Below are positions 61,239 through 64,000 of a DNA stretch of 64,000 nucleotides, piece by piece. Every line of letters begins with the position of its first letter. The first letter of the stretch is position 1. Position numbers and translations under genes: made by a program. Source of the DNA: Promethearchaeota archaeon (GTDB lineage: Archaea > Asgardarchaeota > Lokiarchaeia > Sigyniarchaeales > SOKP01); assembly GCA_048937405.1 (NCBI GenBank), contig JBHLNF010000002.1, forward strand, positions 96,001 through 160,000, in the 5' to 3' direction. The notes below the pieces were generated by a model. It was not told the DNA's origin. It saw nothing but the letters and a program-made list of their open reading frames with translations, and made no database searches.

Positions 61239-61354
61239 TTCTTCTTACCTTCAAGTATAAAATAAGATTATGAATTATTTAGCAATTAATTAAAAATCTA
61301 AGAAGTATAAAATATAAAATATCTGTTAGTAGATCTTACTTTTTATCGATTAGT

Positions 61355-61870
61355 TTATTCCAAGATAACTTGGAATTCACACAAATTATCACCATCAGGT
61401 ATTCGCTTTACAGGAACTATTTTTGCATTAATCCCTAAAGCATTTATCCAACCTCTATGTCTAAAATTACAGGCACATTCATATTCATGTGCTTCTTTTG
61501 ATTTTTCTACTTCTTTCCAAATGTAGCATTTTTCAACTATTCCTGAACCTTCATTTTCAGAATTAATAATAAATTTAAATTTCATTACTTTAGGTACGAT
61601 AACATCCATAAAAGTATTCATAACTTTTATAAGTTCTGGTACTGTCTTCACCGTTCCTTTTTTGATTCCTAAAGCACTTAAAATATAGCGTGCTTCAATC
61701 TTCCCCATTGAGTAAAGCGCCTGTTGATTTAAATAATTAGCTTCTTTTATCCCATGCTTTTTTTTTGACTTTAAAAACCATTGCCCATCATGTTGGGTCC
61801 AACACATTTGTAAAATAAATTTTTGTGTTTCTAAAGGTATGTCATATTTTTCTTTTTGAACTAATTCCAT
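61355..61870 (-). CDS. V4R/ATC-hydrolase-like (DUF6125-type) small ligand-binding protein
   Basis: W..HDGQWF, KC, C.C...GW, CEF. Confidence 0.65.
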   Translation of the reverse strand: MELVQKEKYDIPLETQKFILQMCWTQHDGQWFLKSKKKHGIKEANYLNQQALYSMGKIEARYILSALGIKKGTVKTVPELIKVMNTFMDVIVPKVMKFKFIINSENEGSGIVEKCYIWKEVEKSKEAHEYECACNFRHRGWINALGINAKIVPVKRIPDGDNLCEFQVILE

Positions 61871-61981
61871 AAATTTATCATCTCAACTTCATACTTTACT
61901 TTTAATTTTTGGTATTTCTTTTTTGTTAATATTTTGACTTAAAAAGAATTCATTAAAACGTTTAAACCAAACAATCTAAAA

Positions 61982-62512
61982 TCATTGTTTATTATTCCAA
62001 TTTTTTACTTTAAGAACGATTTTACATTCATTATCACCGTCCTTAATACACGATAAGCATTCTTCCTGAATGTCTACTCCTAAAGCTTTATACCAACCTG
62101 AACGCATAGCAAAGCATCCACATTCATAGAACTCAGCAACCCCTAATTTTTGTACATTTTCAATTATTGGACATTTATCAACCATTCCCATAATTTCATT
62201 CTCAGAGACTTTTTCAAATCTGTAATAGGAATAAGGTGGGGGATAGTAAAAATTCATAGCAGCTGAAGCAATATTAAAAAATTCTTCCATATTTGTAACT
62301 TGTGTAATATTTAGAGCGTTCTTAAAGCGATACATCATCACCTTTCCGATTTCATGAATCACAGCCTTGTTGAGTTTATTACCCTTTTCCCAGCCAAATT
62401 CTTGTACTACCGCCATCTGGGCTTTAGCGTCATGTGAAATCCAATTTTTTCTTAGGATTTCAATTTTTTTTTCATTACTTATTAGCTTTATTAGATCAGT
62501 ATTTTGATTCAT
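61982..62512 (-). CDS. V4R/ATC-hydrolase-like (DUF6125-type) paralog
   Basis: WISHDA, KCP, ECGC...GW, GDNEC. Confidence 0.65.
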   Translation of the reverse strand: MNQNTDLIKLISNEKKIEILRKNWISHDAKAQMAVVQEFGWEKGNKLNKAVIHEIGKVMMYRFKNALNITQVTNMEEFFNIASAAMNFYYPPPYSYYRFEKVSENEIMGMVDKCPIIENVQKLGVAEFYECGCFAMRSGWYKALGVDIQEECLSCIKDGDNECKIVLKVKNWNNKQ

Positions 62513-62630
62513 ACATTCATATCTTTTACTATGATTTTTATTGTTTTTCGATCAAAAAAAACTTTTTTTAGGTTAAACAAATTATAATGCTTGTCAATTA
62601 TATTTCATTTTGAAAATTCCAAAATCACAA

Positions 62631-62647
62631 CAACTTAAATTAAGTTG
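62631..62647. promoter_or_regulatory. Perfect palindrome CAACTTAA-A-TTAAGTTG, candidate TrmB operator
   Basis: About 20 bp upstream of the TrmB ATG, in a divergent intergenic region. Confidence 0.5.
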
Positions 62648-62666
62648 ATACTATAGATGAAATAAA

Positions 62667-63551
62667 ATGTCTGATGAATTAATCCAAGAATTAAAAAAAT
62701 TCTTGAAAAATTCAGAACTTTCCAATTACGAGATTAATTCATATATAACGCTATTATTTTCTAATAATTTAACTGCTCGAGAGATTAGTGAGAAATCATA
62801 TGTACCTATAGGAAGGATCTATGAAATACTAGAAGATTTAAATGAAAAAGGAATGATTGAAATCCAAGATTCTCGACCAAAACTTTATCGAGCAAAACCC
62901 TTTAATATAGCAATTAAAAATCTAATTTCATATATAGACAATTTAACTAAAAGAAAAGTTAATTATCTAATTGATCAAGCTAAAGTTTTAGAGAAAGATT
63001 TATACGATTCATCTTTTTTTATCAAAAAAGATTCCTCAAGAACTTTTTGGCAAACGGCGTATGGTGTGACTTCTATCATATCAATGTATGTTAAACATCA
63101 AGATGAAATACAAGAGGAGTTATTAGTTAATAACTTTATAAATGAAAATACAATAAAAGTCCTTCCATTCGCTAAAGATTTGTTTGAAGGACTATATAAT
63201 GCTTTAAATCGTGGTGTTAATGTTAAAATTTTATGGAGTTTTGAATATGATAAAAGACCACTATTAGAAGAACAAAAAAAGAGTAATTTAGATCTTTATG
63301 ACAATTTATGTAATAAACTTGATGAACTCTATAGTTTATCAAATAATATTGAAGGATTAGAGATGAAATTTATAAATAAACGAATTCCTACCAATTACGA
63401 TATTTTTGATAAGAAAAGAATATTTATTAAACTACAGAACCCGTTAAATCCATCTCAGATTTTTGCTTGTATGAATGTATTCGATCCAAATTTGGCTGAA
63501 AAACTTAGAGATAAATTTATTCAAACATGGTTATTTGAATCGAATAAATAA
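62667..63551 (+). CDS. TrmB-family transcriptional regulator
   Basis: LSNYEINSY, LTAREISEKSYVPIGRIYEIL, RPKLYRA, PLD-like effector domain. Confidence 0.9.
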   Translation: MSDELIQELKKFLKNSELSNYEINSYITLLFSNNLTAREISEKSYVPIGRIYEILEDLNEKGMIEIQDSRPKLYRAKPFNIAIKNLISYIDNLTKRKVNYLIDQAKVLEKDLYDSSFFIKKDSSRTFWQTAYGVTSIISMYVKHQDEIQEELLVNNFINENTIKVLPFAKDLFEGLYNALNRGVNVKILWSFEYDKRPLLEEQKKSNLDLYDNLCNKLDELYSLSNNIEGLEMKFINKRIPTNYDIFDKKRIFIKLQNPLNPSQIFACMNVFDPNLAEKLRDKFIQTWLFESNK

Positions 63552-63583
63552 AAAAAATGAGTTATTAACCAAATAAAACTATA

Positions 63584-63811
63584 TTATGCTTTTTCGATTT
63601 TTATATAGTAGTTTTCACCGTTAAGTTTAAATTCTAAAAGGTTATCATCATGTTTTTCTATATATCTTTTGATATTTTCTCCAGCTTCAGCATAATCACC
63701 GGTCACTTCTAATATATCGCCACTACTCATCTCAAGGAGTTGTCTTTTTGTCTTTGCTACAGGCATTGGGCAAACAAGATTAGAACAATCTAATTTATAT
63801 GATTCAGTCAT
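63584..63811 (-). CDS. tusA: TusA/SirA sulfur carrier
   Basis: LDCSNLVCPMP motif. Confidence 0.88.
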   Translation of the reverse strand: MTESYKLDCSNLVCPMPVAKTKRQLLEMSSGDILEVTGDYAEAGENIKRYIEKHDDNLLEFKLNGENYYIKIEKA

Positions 63812-63832
63812 TTTACAGTCAAACCTCCTAAA

Positions 63833-64000
63833 TTAACTAAATAAAACATTATCTGCTTCTACACACATTTCAACAAATCCATTCATGGTGGTTTTTACAA
63901 TTCCTTCCATTAATTCATCTTCGACTAATCCACGTGCTTTCATGCATACTCCACAGGCTTTCACATTTGCTCCTTCAGAAATTACATCCATCATCCATTT
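63833..64000 (-). CDS. DsrE-family protein (C-terminal part; truncated by window)
   Basis: VKACGVCMKARG...EADNVLF; upstream of tusA. Confidence 0.8.
   Translation of the reverse strand, partial: KWMMDVISEGANVKACGVCMKARGLVEDELMEGIVKTTMNGFVEMCVEADNVLFS

Overview
AT-rich archaeal chromosome segment, most consistent with Lokiarchaeia (Asgard archaea). This rests on IPG[YF]-TM-basic Loki-CTERM-type sorting tails, multi-PAS histidine kinases, CdhD and FwdF-like Wood-Ljungdahl genes, Cdc48, TrmB regulators and GGTGA-type ribosome-binding motifs. Host genes include a Hsp20-Cdc48-ArsR heat-shock cluster, an orphan N6-adenine methyltransferase, an ABC exporter, a DUF285/BspA repeat surface protein, an intron-containing tRNA-Pro(TGG) and dapA-dapB/lysA-dapF. 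The main feature is an apparently intact ~16.8-16.9 kb head-tail provirus (~36.3-53.2 kb). It carries a terminase, portal, protease/scaffold, encapsulin-like HK97 capsid protein, neck and tail genes, a very short tape-measure candidate, a hub/fibre fusion, RHH and zinc-ribbon regulators and a tyrosine integrase, but no recognisable small terminase or replication gene. Its ~750-bp non-coding control region (49838-50591) is the best candidate for an undescribed system. It holds a structured leader able to form alternative folds upstream of terL (an Arg-rich KTSC protein is encoded just after terL), a perfect 16-bp palindrome in the late promoter, and a perfect 17-bp inverted repeat around an almost pure-AT core that resembles an origin. 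All functional calls come from visual motif recognition; no database searches were run.
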